Position numbers and translations under genes: made by a program
The notes under the pieces: generated by a model
What the model was told of the DNA's origin: nothing
What the model saw: only the letters and a program-made list of their open reading frames with translations
Database searches by the model: none
Part shown: positions 13,020 to 26,400 of the stretch, piece after piece
How the letters are laid out: every line of letters starts with the position of its first letter
Position numbering within the stretch: position 1 is the stretch's first letter
Source of the DNA: Hormiphora californensis
Taxonomy: Eukaryota; Animalia; Ctenophora
NCBI GenBank assembly: GCA_020137815.1
Contig: CM035358.1
Span: 1 to 64,000 of the forward strand
Reading direction: 5' to 3'
DNA: 64,000 nucleotides

Positions 13020-14393
13020 GGGTACGCTAACCAAAAATTTTTTTCGAGTGCAGGGAAATCTCTCACGTAGGGTGTAGGCCATGCCAAGGAGACCTCAAAT
13101 ATGCAATTTGAGCTCTCAAGTCGAATTCATATTTTGCTACAGCTGTTTGAAAAAATGTCCTGTAAATTCGTTTTTGGCATCTCAAAAATTTTTTTTTAAA
13201 GATAGAGCATTGAAAATTTGGGATGGATTGAGAGGACATGAAGGGGATAACCACAAAAACTTTTTTGCCAATCGAGCTGATTTCCGGTCCTGAGATGGAT
13301 TTCTTTTTTCCACTTTAACGCCCCTATTTGGCAAAGTTCCGAAAAACATGTGAAAGCTGTAATTGGTGAAAAGTTGCGTCTAACGATTTATTAAGTGGCC
13401 ATAAATTTTGGGCGTGTCCTTATTTGAGTAAAGCTGTACAGAGTTTTTTTGTGAAAGCCGTCATTTCAGAAATAAATAAATTCCCCTGTATCTCAAAAAG
13501 CGCTGATCGTAGAGACCGAGACTAGCTTAAACGATTCAGAAGGTTCGATTTTGGGGGGTCTCTGAGGACATTTGGCTCTACTTCAACCGTTTTGCTGTAA
13601 TTGCGAAAAACAAAAATCCATTCTTCGCCATCGGGATTTTTTGTGTTGATTGTTTTGGTGATTATAGGGAACCATATGGACCAAATAGTGAAGGAATTAG
13701 CTTGTTACACATTTTTCCATAGTGTTCGGTCCTTTCTAGCCAAAATTCCCTAATACAGGGTATTGGAGTTTAGCTTTTGCCCTTTCATAGAATTGTTTTT
13801 CGCAATTACAGAAAAAACGTGTGTTTGAAGTAGGAGCAAAAGTCTCTCAGAAGACCCCCCAAAATCGGACCTTCTGAATCGTTAGTTAAGCATAGGTCTA
13901 AGGTCTCTACGATCAGCCGTTTTTGAGATACAGGGAATATTATTTCTGAAATGACGGCTTTCACAAAAAAAAACTCTGTACAGCTTATCTCAAATAAGGA
14001 ACACGCCCAAAATTTATGGCCATATAGAGAATCGTTAGACGCAACTTTTGACCAATTTACAGCTCACATATTTCGGAACTTGGCCCAAATATGGCGTTAA
14101 AGTCAAAAAAAAGAAATTCCATCTCAGGACCGGAAATCAGTCGGATTGCAAAAAATTTTTGTGGTTATCCACCTCATGTTCATTCAAATCCACAAATTTT
14201 ATGATCCTATCTTACAAATGTATTTTTAAGATGCCAAAAACTTATTTTCAGTTCATTTTTCAAGCAGCTGGTAGCAAAAATAGATTCGACTTGAGAGCTC
14301 AAAATTGCTATTTGAGGTCTCCTTGGCATGGCCTACAACCCTACGGTGAGAGATTTCCCTGCACTCGAAAAAAAATTTTTGGTTAGCGTACCC
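13020..14393. mobile_element. Foldback non-autonomous DNA transposon, TTAA duplication, GG termini (Kolobok-like)
   Basis: TTAA|GGGTACGCTAACC...GGTTAGCGTACCC|TTAA with ~600-bp inverted arms. Confidence 0.75.
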
Positions 14394-15759
14394 TTAAGGA
14401 ACCCTAGAAAGTTAAGGGACCCTTTAAGGGACCCTATAAAGTTAAAGGTAGAACAAATCGTGAGCAGTACCCTCGTATCAGTTCACAATGTGTACTGATA
14501 CGAGGGTACTGCTCACAATTCGTTCTACCTTATTAAAGTACTCCCCAAACTACTATGTCCCTCACTCGGGTTTTGTGAAATTTCCACGGTCATAACTCCA
14601 CCCCTGATGAGATAAAGACTTGAAATTTGTGTTTGTAGGAAGAAATCGACATAATCTCTCACAAAACAGTTTCAAGTCTCTATCTCATCAGGGGTGGAGC
14701 TATGGCTGTCTAAAATCCGGTCGCGCCGCAGCAAGGGTTCCTAACTTTCTAGGGTCCTTAAACTTTCAGGGTCCCTTAAAGGGTCCCTAAAGAGTCCTAA
14801 AAGGGTCCCTTAACGGTCGGGCTTCTCTCACCTGCCAAAGCATCCCGAAGGCCTTATTTCATGCCCTTTGCTACTACCAGTTACTTATAGTTCATAGTCC
14901 AACAAACTCTGTTTGTACTTACTAACAAGTTGGAGGGGAAGTTTGCGCGGGTTGATGAATGAAGTGTAAAACAGAATTGGAACATTTTTATTGCAGACAT
15001 TTTCCTCCAATGTAATTTCGAGCATGAAAAACCGGCCACTCTGATATCACCTTTCACTGCCATTGATTGCTAGATCTACACTTCCCGTCTCGGGACCGTA
15101 GATCTGAGAAATTGGCATTAAAATCGCCTTTACCAACTTTACTGCTCAACTAAATTAGCTTGGAAATGCCCTGCAGTCATGATTTATTTAAAGTAGCGTT
15201 AAAATGTTGTTAATTAAGAGAGAGTGTGAAATACCAACACTAGGGCAATCTAATAACATTTACCTCATTACGTCAGGCTCCCGAAGAGTTGAGAGAATCT
15301 TAATTCCGTTCTCGAAAACCTCCAAAAATGGCTTACAATTTGGACCTATAATGATAATAGGAAGGCTTTATCCATGTTTCAGATCAACTATCAACCGTAT
15401 TTATAGGTAACCCAAACTACTATGGCCACTCACTCGGGTTTTGTGAAATTTTCCACGGTCATAGCTCCACTCCCTGATGATAATGAGATAGAGACTTGAA
15501 ATTGTTTGTAGGAAGAACACGACATGATATCCTTACAAAATAAATCTATCATGGGTGGAGACTGGAGCTATAGCCGTCTAAAATCCGGTCGCGCACAGCA
15601 AGGGCCATAGAGGTTGGTTTACTGTGCGTGTTTTTTTTACTTTCGTGTTACCTGTTGACAAAGAACATTGTGGAACGGTAGATAAGTTCATACTCACACA
15701 GAATGAGTGTAGAGTTGTGGGGACGGTATGTGCCCGAGGGGCTGTACACCAACTTCTCA

Positions 15760-16370
15760 ACATACTCCAAACTGTAAGGAAGTTAATGAACAGTTGATAA
15801 ACGAAGAAGTGCCCTAGAGGTAGAGAAGATTCTTGAGATCATAGCGCTGGAAAGCGCATGCGGCCAATCCATCCCTCCCCAAACCATACTCCCCTAAACA
15901 AGTTAATTCCATTATGTTCTAACATAACGCTGAATTTTCTGCCCTATGAAGTTGTGTAGAAAGGATATCATTGCTACATTCGGCTGTTACAGCAAGCGGG
16001 ACACAAAATCCCGCGTCTCCGCCCTTAGGTCTGTTCGATTAATTTTGGGAGAGTTCTCGCATATCTTCGGTCCACATCATGCCATATGTTTGTTAGTTTG
16101 ATGGGTCGGGTTTAACCTTCTCCCTGAGGGTTGCATAAGCTGCCGCTTTGGGGATTGGTATGAGTGTAATTTCTTTCGATTTCCTTTTTAGCCAGAATGT
16201 CTGCTACAATTTCGTTTCCATCGTACCTTGATGGGCGGGGATCCATACTGGTCATGACATCATGAATATGGCTAGAGTGTTCCGATTTTAATAGTTTTTT
16301 TATCGTGGTTCTTGATGTCGTGGAGTCTAGGGTCTTAATTGTCCCTCTCTCTGGTTTGGTTTGGTTTGGT
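15760..16370 (-). pseudogene. Noisy copy of the RNase H-containing LINE remnant at 50700-51310
   Basis: YDGNEIVADILAKK; collinear with 50700-51330. Confidence 0.55.
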
Positions 16371-18801
16371 AGGATTACGGTATGGCCACTAAGCAGCACG
16401 CTACTTTCGGCACCGTGTTATTATAATATTTATATGAAAGACCCGAAGGAGACGCAGGTGCTCAGTACCACCATATTGCCAACACTTCAGATATAAAGGG
16501 ATTTTGAAAAGTGTAAGATTTCGGTTTGAGATCGGGAAGAGGGGCAGAACTATGGAAGGGATTTGGGCTGGTTCTAGATCCCTTCATCCTGGGGCGTAGG
16601 ACGGGATGCCGACCAGTGCTCACGATCACATCAGACAGACAGTCTGAGTTGACCGACACGGATACGTGTGTAGGAAGTACGTGAAGCCTAAAAAAGTATA
16701 AATCTAGCGAGACTCTGTCCTTCGCACAGTGTCAAAATTTAAACATGCAGGGGATGCAATAGAAAGGGTAATAAGAGCACGCCCCGAAGGACTGAAAATC
16801 GGTCATAGTGTCTGTCGTCGACGGGGTCAGTTCTCACTCCTCAAGCACTCGTTCTCGGTTTGTAGATTGTCTTGTTAGTACTGTCAAGAGAGCTAGTCCA
16901 AGACTAGGTGAAACCAACACCTCTATCTGGCTGGACAAGGGTGCGATCCGGATTGCTCCTATAATCGAAACTGTCAATTTGACAGAGTGACAATTATAGC
17001 GAGAGATAGATAGTTAGTGCGTGACTAGGATGACGAAGGGGTAAAATATCCCAGATGACGTGAGCTGAGTGGCGATCGTGTTACCGTCTCATGAACCATG
17101 TAAATGGCGTCTAGCCACGTGGGGATGAAGGGTTGAGATGGCTGAGAATGATAAATTGTGAGTGAGAGAGAGAGAAAGCAGACGGTTCTCTTGACCGCTT
17201 CCTCGGGTGTGGTCCCCGAGCGTTTGCGAGAGAGAAGACGGATAGAGAGGAGAGGGCTGAGCAGCGATACGACGACGTCCGAGAATGCCGGAGACGAGTG
17301 TGCCGTAGAGACCGCTGAGACGAGAGCGACTGAAGGAGAGAGAGAGACAGAGGCGACAGCGGGATGGCGCTGGCAAAGAGAGTTCGAGTCCGTCCCTTGA
17401 GATCTCGAGCTTGTACCTGTACTCAGCTGAGACCGTCGGAACGCGAGAGGAGACGATGAGGAGACGACTGGAGAAGAAGGTGAGTCGAGAGAGAGGAGAG
17501 AGAAGAGATGGAGAGTGAGGGCATCCTCGAGTACCGTGGAGAGAGAGAGTGAGAGACAGAGAGGAGAGAGACGAGGGAGAGAGCAGAGAGAGAGAGAGCA
17601 TGAGCATTTCGGACGAGAGAAGGAGAGACGCCAGAGTGAGACTGAGAGAGGAGAGACAGAGACGAGAGAGGAAGAGAGCGAGCGGAGAAGAAGAGGGGGA
17701 GATAAGGCCTGAGAGCGGAGAGAGGGAGAAGAGCTCGAGGAATCGAGCAGGAGACAGGGATGGAACGAGAAGATCACACCCGGAATGATGAGGAGACATG
17801 GGACTGAGAGATGAGAGGATAAGAGGAGACTAGTGCGAGAGAGGGGAGAGAAAGAGGGGAGGGAGGAGATAGAGATCTGGAGAGGGCAGAAGAATGCGTG
17901 AGCAGGGAGCAGGAAGAGAAAGATGAGATGATAGAGAGAAAGATCGAGGAGAGAATGAGAGACAGAAGAAGAAGGAGAAGAGAGGGAGCTGAGATAGTCA
18001 AGAGAAAAAGCGAGGGACTGAGATGAGAAGAGGAACACCCCGCGGAGGGACCATGCGAGACGGACAAAAGCCAAGAGCATGAGCAGACGAGAAGCAGGAA
18101 CTGGGATGACAGAGATCATGAATGCAGACACAGAGAGGAGGAAAACAGGGGTCCGAGATATGACAATGGGGTCAAAAAGCGCTGCGACAAAAATAAGAGG
18201 ATATAAGAGCACAAGAACAAAGGGAGGGACGAGGTGAGCTACAGATAACCGGAGCATTAGCTATTAAAAATGAGAGAAGGAGAGGAGCGGAGGATAGGCA
18301 GACGAAAAGAGAGAGCTACAGAGTGGAGTACTGAAAACGGAGGCTGGATGCAACGAGTCGAAGCAGCCAGGAGGGAGAAGATATGAAGCGAATAGCGGAA
18401 CTAGGAGAGAAGGCCAAAACACTCCCGTACCGACACAAAATCAGGAAACAGAGAACAAGGAGAAAAGGCGCATAGAGGTGGCAGCGGGTTGGGAGTAACA
18501 GACTACTATCGAAATGAAAGAAGGATAAAAAGTGGGTATCTATTCTATGGAGTCTTAGAGGCGAGGGGACTATCCCTATCGACGGCAGGGAAAGCATCTT
18601 CCAATCGGAAATACTGAGTTCAAGTGATGGTATGCGGAGAGTAAAACGCGGGGTGGGTGTATGTCTGCAGGCAGTTTTACTAGGCTATATGGGACAGGAG
18701 GATTAGCCATAGTTCAATCGGTCTGGACCAGTGTTTACTGTTTAGGATTTTAGGACACTGGCATGTTAGGTGTTTGGGGTTACTCTAATTATATTATCTT
18801 G

Positions 18802-19186
18802 AATTAAGTCCAAAAACCAATTAAATAAATTAGTTTGGATGCCCGGGCCCATGTGGTGTCACGGGGGTAACACCTTTAGGCTACTGCCATAATTAACGGC
18901 ATATCTCTCTGATCGAGAACTCTCTCTCTCTCTCTCTCTCACACTATTTCTCTCTCTCTTTCTCTCTCGCTGTTTCTTTCACTATATCTCTCTTTTTTTC
19001 TCTCTCCTCTTATTTATCTCTCCGTCTTTCTTGATTATATCTCACTCTTTCTATCCTAATTTCTTTTGCCTTTATCTCTCTCGATATCCATCATTTATGA
19101 CAGTAGCCTAAAGGTGTTACCCCCGTGACACCACATGGGCCCGGGCATCCAAACTAATTTATTTAATTGGTTTTTGGACTTAATTT
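18802..19186. mobile_element. MITE with ~90-bp inverted arms around a degenerate (CT)n core
   Basis: 18802-18892 is the reverse complement of about 19096-19186. Confidence 0.75.
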
Positions 19187-19234
19187 CTGTTCTTTTTGGT
19201 GTTAAATGATTTCTGCACATTTTCGAACTTGAAT

Positions 19235-21130
19235 AGTTCATAAATATGCGAATAACGACTAAACGGTGAGAGATACGACTTTTTGTCAGGGGGACGACCC
19301 CCCATAAATCGACTATTCTGCGTCGGAATATGTCCATGAAAACGTTCTAGGACCAGTAGAAGTGGAAATATTAAGAATATGCATTAAATCATGAATCGGT
19401 GCATAAATATGCAAATAACGGCTTAACGGTGCCAGATAGAGATTTTTGTCCCGAGTAAGACCCCCCATAAATCGACTATTTTGCGTCGGAATATGTCCAT
19501 GAAAACGTTCTAGGACCAGTAGAAGTGGAAATATTAAGAATATGCATTAAATCATGAATAGTTCATAAATATGCGAATAACGACTAAACGGTGAGAGATA
19601 CGACTTTTTGTCAGGGGGACGACCCCCCATAAATCGACTATTCTGCGTCGGAATATGTCCATGAAAACGTTCTAGGACCAGTAGAAGTGGAAATATTAAG
19701 AATATGCATTAAATCATGAATCGGTGCATAAATATGCAAATAACGGCTTAACGGTGCCAGATAGAGATTTTTGTCCCGAGTAAGACCCCCCATAAATCGA
19801 CTATTTTGCGTCGAAATATGTCCATGAAAACGTTCTAGGATCAGCCGAACTGGAAATATTCAGAATATGCATTAAATCATGAATCGGTGCATAAATATGC
19901 AAATAACGGCTTAACGGTGCGAGATACGACTTTTTGTCCGGGGGACGAGCCCCCATAAATCGACTATTTTGCGTCGAAATATGTCCATGAAAACGTTCTA
20001 GGACCAGCCGAAGTGAAAATATTGAAAATATGCATAAAATCGCGAATAGGTGCATAAATATGCAAATAACGGCTTAAGGCCAGAGGGGGGGGGGTCCGAG
20101 GGTCAAAAAGTATACTTTTCTGAGGTTTACATATGTGATAAAACTCGGAGGTAGGAAAGTTTTGGATAGGGTAACTGCGCGCCAAGTGTATCAGAACCTC
20201 CTGTTTTTTGAGGTTAACTTTTGCTCTTATTTGATTGTTAACCTCAATAATTCAGGTTCTGTTCGGCCTGTATGGACAAATTTAGTGTCAAACGCTTGCT
20301 ATAGGAATAATGTTGACTTATGGAAAATTTGAGATCGCTACACCATCTGGTGGTTTAGAAATTTGAGGTTAACTGAATTTCGGGAAAGTTATATTCTAGG
20401 CGCTTATTTTTGCCTCATTTTCCCCTAGTCTATGTCGTTTCATTTGAGTACCACTTATCTGTTAACCTCAGAACTTGGCAGGGATGTTCCTCTGATGGTC
20501 CTCTACAAATTTGGTGTAGCGATTTTTGATATCTATCCCCGTTCAAAAATTATGAGGTTAACAATAGAGCCCGGTCGGCTAAAAATGCGATGTTAACCTC
20601 ATAATTTTTGAACGGGGACAGATATCAAAAAACGCTACACCAAATTTGTAGAGGACCATCAGAGGAACATCCCTGCCAATTTCTGAGGTTAACGGATAAG
20701 TGGTTCTCAAATGAAACGACATAGACTGGCCCAAATTTCGCCCGAGCTATTCAAGAAAAACATAATTTTCGGGAATCAAGTTAACCTCAGATTTCTTTCC
20801 AACCTTTAGGTATAGAGGTCTGAAACTTCGTTTGAGTTGACATTGTAACTAGACCTATCACTCAGTACTAAATTTAGCTTCTCAGCTTATTGTGGTTAAT
20901 GAATAAATGAGGTTAACATTAAATTTTGGACAAAAGTTAACCTCAATTTTCTCCTAGACGGTGCGCACAAAATCGATTCTGAGAATGTCATCTGGTCCGG
21001 CTCTTCGAGCCGGACCAGAGACCGAAGGTGACTTTTTATACCCCCGGACCCCCCCCTCTGGCCTTAACGGTGCGAGATAGAGATTTTTGTCCCGAGTAAG
21101 ACCCCCCATAAATCGACGATTCCGCGTCGA
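19235..21130. repeat. ~163-bp tandem repeat with alternating variants, interrupted by the element at 20078-21063
   Basis: AACGGTG anchor recurs at about 19262, 19425, 19588, 19750, 19914 and resumes at 21066. Confidence 0.8.
20078..21063. mobile_element. Kolobok-like MITE (TTAA duplication, GGCCAGAGGGGG termini) with central palindrome
   Basis: TTAA|GGCCAGAGG...CCTCTGGCC|TTAA splitting a satellite unit. Confidence 0.8.
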
Positions 21131-21939
21131 ATAAGACCGGTTTCAAGATTCTATGACCTTCGAGTCGCGTCATATCGCGACCATGGTTTAAATGAATATT
21201 TAATGACTAATTAATGAATAATTAATGAACTATGGCGATTTCGAAGTTCTCACACAGCTATTACCGAGCGCAATGATGTAAGGAACCACTGTTCCAAACG
21301 GCAAGTCTCTACTATTTGTGGTTTAGGAGAACACTCAAAGATAAAAAAGCGTCCTCTTCCCCCTCCCCCTCCCCTCCCCCTCCCCTCCCCCTCCTTACAT
21401 TTTTGCATTTTGGGACCCCTCTGGCAAATTTTTACCTTACATCCGATCGTTCTGAAAATTTGCATGCCTCTTCTCCTATATGAGGGCCCTCAGAGTACAA
21501 AATTTCAGCTCTCTACTTTATCTGGAACATGCTTTTTTAAAGCATCAAAAACCCCGAAATCTGCAATGGTATATAGTAGCACTGGCAGGTTTTCACGCGC
21601 TTGTGTGTAGAAGTGTTGCGTGTGCTCTCTCTTTTGTTTTTTGAGTTAGAGGGTATTTCTAAGGTGGGGGCTGTGCCCCCACACCCCCCTTTTGGGCCCG
21701 GGGCACTTGCCAGTGCTATGATTGGTCTGGCATATGGTAGGTTTACATTATAAGTGGCATGACGGGTATTTTACGTATATGTGTAATGTGAGACCTGTCT
21801 GATTAGGACCTGTCTGATTAGGACCAATTAGGTCAGATTATGTTCGAAAGCTGAACTGGCAAGGATTTGTTCTCAGTCCATAGTTTTGTTTTGTATATAT
21901 ATTGGAGGTGGGCGGGGCGGTTCGGGGCGGGTGGAGGGT

Positions 21940-22158
21940 ATTAGGGCTAGATATTGGGTTTGTAATTGTTTAGGTATGACCAGATGTTATCTGTCGTTGC
22001 CTGCCGAAGCAGCATAGCCTGCCGAAGCAGCATAGCCTGCAGAATTGCAGCAAAGCGGGGAGTAGTAAACTACTACTGATCGCTAGGAAGTTCATGTGTT
22101 GCTTGCATGATAAGTGCGTGACCCATAACGTTGATATTTCTTTCTCTCTCTAACGGTT

Positions 22159-22194
<36 letters not shown>

Positions 22195-22720
22195 GGAAAA
22201 TGATACTATCATTGATAGAAGGGAATGGAATTTAAACTCATGAAATGACAGTAGGGAGCGAGAGAAATTAGGGCTAGATATTGGGTTTGTAATTGTTTAG
22301 GTATGACCAGATGTTATCTGTCGTTGCCTGCCGAAGCAGCATAGCCTGCATAAGCAGCATTAGCCTGCAGAATTGCAGCAAAGCGGGGAGTAGTAAACTA
22401 CTACTGATCGCTAGGAAGTTCATGTGTTGCTTGCATGATAAGTGCGTGACCCATAACGTTGATATTTCTTTCTCTCTCTAACGGTTAGTGAGAGAGAGAG
22501 AGAGAGCGGGAAAATGATACTATCATTGATAGAAGGGAATGGAATTTAAACTCATGAAATGACAGTAGGGAGCGAGAGAAATTAGGGCTAGATATTGGGT
22601 TTGTAATTGTTTAGGTATGACCAGATGTTATCTGTCGTTGCCTGCCGAAGCAGCATAGCCTGCCGAAGCAGCATAGCCTGCAGAATTGCAGCAAAGCGGG
22701 GAGTAGTAAACTACTACTGG
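21940..22720. repeat. ~320-bp tandem repeat (about 2.4 copies) containing (GA)n
   Basis: ATTAGGGCTAGATATTGGG at about 21940, 22267, 22581. Confidence 0.85.
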
Positions 22721-22988
22721 TACAAGTGGGCTGATACAGACCAGAACAGAAGTCACACTACGCTTACAGGGATAGAGGTACAGACGAGATACAGACTCAA
22801 CAACAACTGGACAAGCAAGCAGACTGGTTCTTATCTGATTGTTGAGTAGTTGCTTCTTGATGTGAACTCCTCCAATATAATAGTCCATAGTTGATTTGGA
22901 GGATTTAGCAAACTCTCTGAGAATTCCATGTCCCCAGGATACAGACATCGACAGATAAAACAAAACAACGAGCGATGAAATTTAATCG

Positions 22989-23061
<73 letters not shown>

Positions 23062-23472
23062 CCACTACACGCACCACTCCCACATGGGACCGTAAGGTCC
23101 CATGTGGGAACAGGGTTAAATCCCCCGAGCCCGGATACTGTTGGATCTGAGGGCCCGGAGGGCCTGCGGAGTAAAGGTTGGTAGAACAATGTACAAAGGG
23201 GTAGGTTGAACAATGTACATATAGGTTAAGGTAAGGAAAAATAAAATAGGGGAAGTAAAGCTCATGGTGGCGGAGCAAAAGACCTCCTAAACTATCTGGA
23301 AAGAAGCTCAGCCTGCTGGAAAGGAATCTAAGAAGAGTCAACCTATCGGGAACAAAACGTCTGGAACAAAACGTCTGGAACGGGATCTAAGGCAGTCTAA
23401 GAGCAAGCAGGAACGGGTGAAACGGTAAAAAACTAATACATATATAAATCTAGTGGGGATACAGGAGGCTGA

Positions 23473-26400
23473 TTACATATCGAGGAACTTCCGGAGCGTG
23501 TTCATCGAGTTGAAGAGGGCTGACTTTTGGAGCTGTGAGGGGTATAGTTGGCGGGTTATGGCCATCAGGTACTTCTCCAGTCGGGGGCTAACTCCGCCAA
23601 GGGCTCCAATCACGATGGGGATGACCGTGGCCTCTTTAAGTTCCCAGATTCGTGTGACCTCTCTCCTCAGTTCTTGGTACTTCTCGATCTTTTCCAGCTC
23701 TCTGTCAGAGACTAATCGGTCCTTTGGTACGGCGACATCGATGAGTAGTGCCTCCCTCTTTTGCTTGTCTAGGAGGACCAGGTCGGGTTTGCACGCCTCA
23801 ATGGGGTTGTCCGTCTGGAAGTGGAAATCCCAGAGGATCTTGTAATTCTCATTCTCGAGAACTTTCTCTGCATAGTGGCTCCACCACTTTGATTCAGCAG
23901 GAAATCCATAGTCCTTGCACATTCCCCAGTGTAGGGCAGCAGCTACTCGGTCGTGCCTGTGCTTATAGTCACCGTTGGCCAGCTTCTGACATCCGTTTAG
24001 GATGTGTTCGACAGACTCGTTATGCTGGTTACATACGACACTTCTCGGACTCTGTTTCTCGATAGCAGCTGTCATTCAGTTTGTGCGAGTGGCTTGATCC
24101 TGGGCAGCAAATACATCAGCTTCGGTGTATCTGCTGAGGCTCTCTTTGTTGAGCCAGGCCCAGGTCGCATCAGGGTCGCATCCTCCTTCTTCAAGTTGCT
24201 TCAGGAAACGTCCATGCAGTGATTTACTCTTCCAGTTCTCTATCAGCTGCGCCTCCAGTCTTTCTGTCAGGGTTTCAGCATCCTCTGGGAGTTCCGTCAG
24301 TATTCCTTCTCTTCCCATTGCTGTTTTGAGTGCAATTATCTTGGGATCAGTTGAGTTGCTGAAGAACGTCGCTAGTCCTGTTCCTTCCCTTACTATAACG
24401 TCTTCAATCCTCTGGAGGCCTCTTCCTCCCTTCTTCCTGCTCACATATAGTCGATCAACGTCGCTGTTGTATTTCAAGAACCCTCTTCTTAGGATTTTCC
24501 GAGTAATTAGGTCCAGTCCCTTGGCCTCTGTGGTAGTCCAATCCAGTATTCCGGCACCGTATCGAATCACCGGTATTGCCCACGTGTTGATTGCGACGAC
24601 GAGGTTTTTACCAGACAGGTTGGAAGACAGTAGTTTCTTAAGTCTTCTGGTGTATTCGGTCATAACCTTGGCTTTCATTTCTTGGTGTAGAATCGAGTCA
24701 GCCTCCAGGATACCAAGGTATTTATATCCACCATCTTCCACTTCCGGGATTGTCTTTCCACTCGGTAGATCTATTCCCTGCATTCGACTTCTGACTCCGT
24801 CCACGATGTCTAGTGCTCCGCATTTGGATATACCAAAGGACATGTTAATGTCTGTGCTAAACTTCTCGGTGATTGCTAACAGCTGCTGTAGGCCCTCTTT
24901 CGAGCTAGAGTATAGTTTAAGATCGTCCATATAGAGGCGGTGGTTAATATCAATATCTGTGGCGAGTGCTTCTGGATCAGATATGGTGTAGCCTCTTCCT
25001 TGGGCAGCTAGGAGCAAGGATAGGGGGATCAGTCCTATAATGAAATGTATCGGGGAGACAGAGTCTCTTTGGAAGAGGCCTCTTTTAATGTGGACTTTCC
25101 CTAAGGTGGAGCTAGATTGGACTAAATTAACTATACACTGCTGGAATGATGCCTCGAACAGTCTTATGATCTGTGGGTTTATTTTCAGCATTTCCAATGA
25201 TTTCAGAATCCAGGAGTGTGGGATCGAATCGTACGCCTTCTGGTAGTCAATGAAGGCCATATGCAGGGAGGATTTGGTCCGTTTACAATGACGAAGTATA
25301 AGTTTGTCGATTGCTAACTGTTCTTTACATCCTCTACTCTTCCTGCGGCAACCCTTTTGTTCTTCAGGGAAGAGTCCGTTAATGTCGAGGTGTAGGTAGA
25401 TATCCTCCGACAGTATTCCTGTATATAGACCCCGCTGGCTGAAATAGACGCCCGCCCCGCGCGAACAATTTGCACTGGTCTATTGCGCCGTGCACTGCCG
25501 TGAGTTTGTGTCTCGATAGACGCACGCCCTCTGACAGATTTGTGTAAAGATCACAAAGAATCACTGGAAACACGATAAAATGACATGACAACACAAGAGG
25601 GAGTGTGTGTACAACCAACTAAGCTCTCTGTCTAGATTTGGCGACTGTTCCTCTTGACCCACAATTAACTGTTATCTCTCTCTGCATTCCACCCTTTTGA
25701 TTTGTTTAAACGATTGGTACGAGTGTGTAGGAATGTAGAGAGGCACTTTGTAGCTTCATTTCCAACTATTTGACCCGTTTTGTGTGAGCTCTCTGTTTGA
25801 GAACCACGTAAATTGTGCTTGTTTTGCTCCCTCCCTTGCGTGCAGACATACCTGTAAACCCCTCGCTGACGCTCGGGATTTACAGGGCTGTAACGCACGG
25901 TCCCTTCGGGACCCGTGCATTACAGCTCAATAGACGCACTGCTCTGCAGTGCGTCTATTGATTATCTGCCCGCACGGGAGGGAGTTATGTACTATATAGC
26001 TTCCAGAGGTTTGGGAGGCAGGTTATGGGTCTGAAGTTCCCCGGATCGCTCATTCCTTTCTTGGGGTCCTTCATCAGCAGGTATGTTCTGCCTTCCGTCA
26101 TCCATCCTGGGACCTGCCCTGTAGTTAGACTTTCATTGAGCAGCTCAGCTATCCGTCCATGGAGACAGGCTGTGTGCTTGATCCAGAAGGCATGTAGGCC
26201 ATCTATACCTGGGGACGACCAGTTGGTCATTCCCTTCACACGGGCGGACACTCTTTCCGTGGTGATCTGGAAGTCCTCTTGCTGGTTGACCGCCTCAAAG
26301 TTCTCTTGGATTTCATCTAACCACTCTGCTTCAGTGTTGTGGCCGACGTCATTCTCCCATATATGTCTTTCCAGAAGTTTAGTGTCCTCGTCTGGTCCTC

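Noticed and set aside
14600-14630. CTGATGAGATAAAGACTTGAAA as a hammerhead (similar at 15474, 50421)
   Set aside because: No stem II or stem III-UH; part of a palindromic repeat family
16500-17000. Possible DIRS-like RT remnant (LDKGAIR)
   Set aside because: Single short motif in very noisy sequence
17025-18320. 410-aa ORF and overlapping ORFs
   Set aside because: Low-complexity S/L/R/E translations of a noisy GA-rich tract
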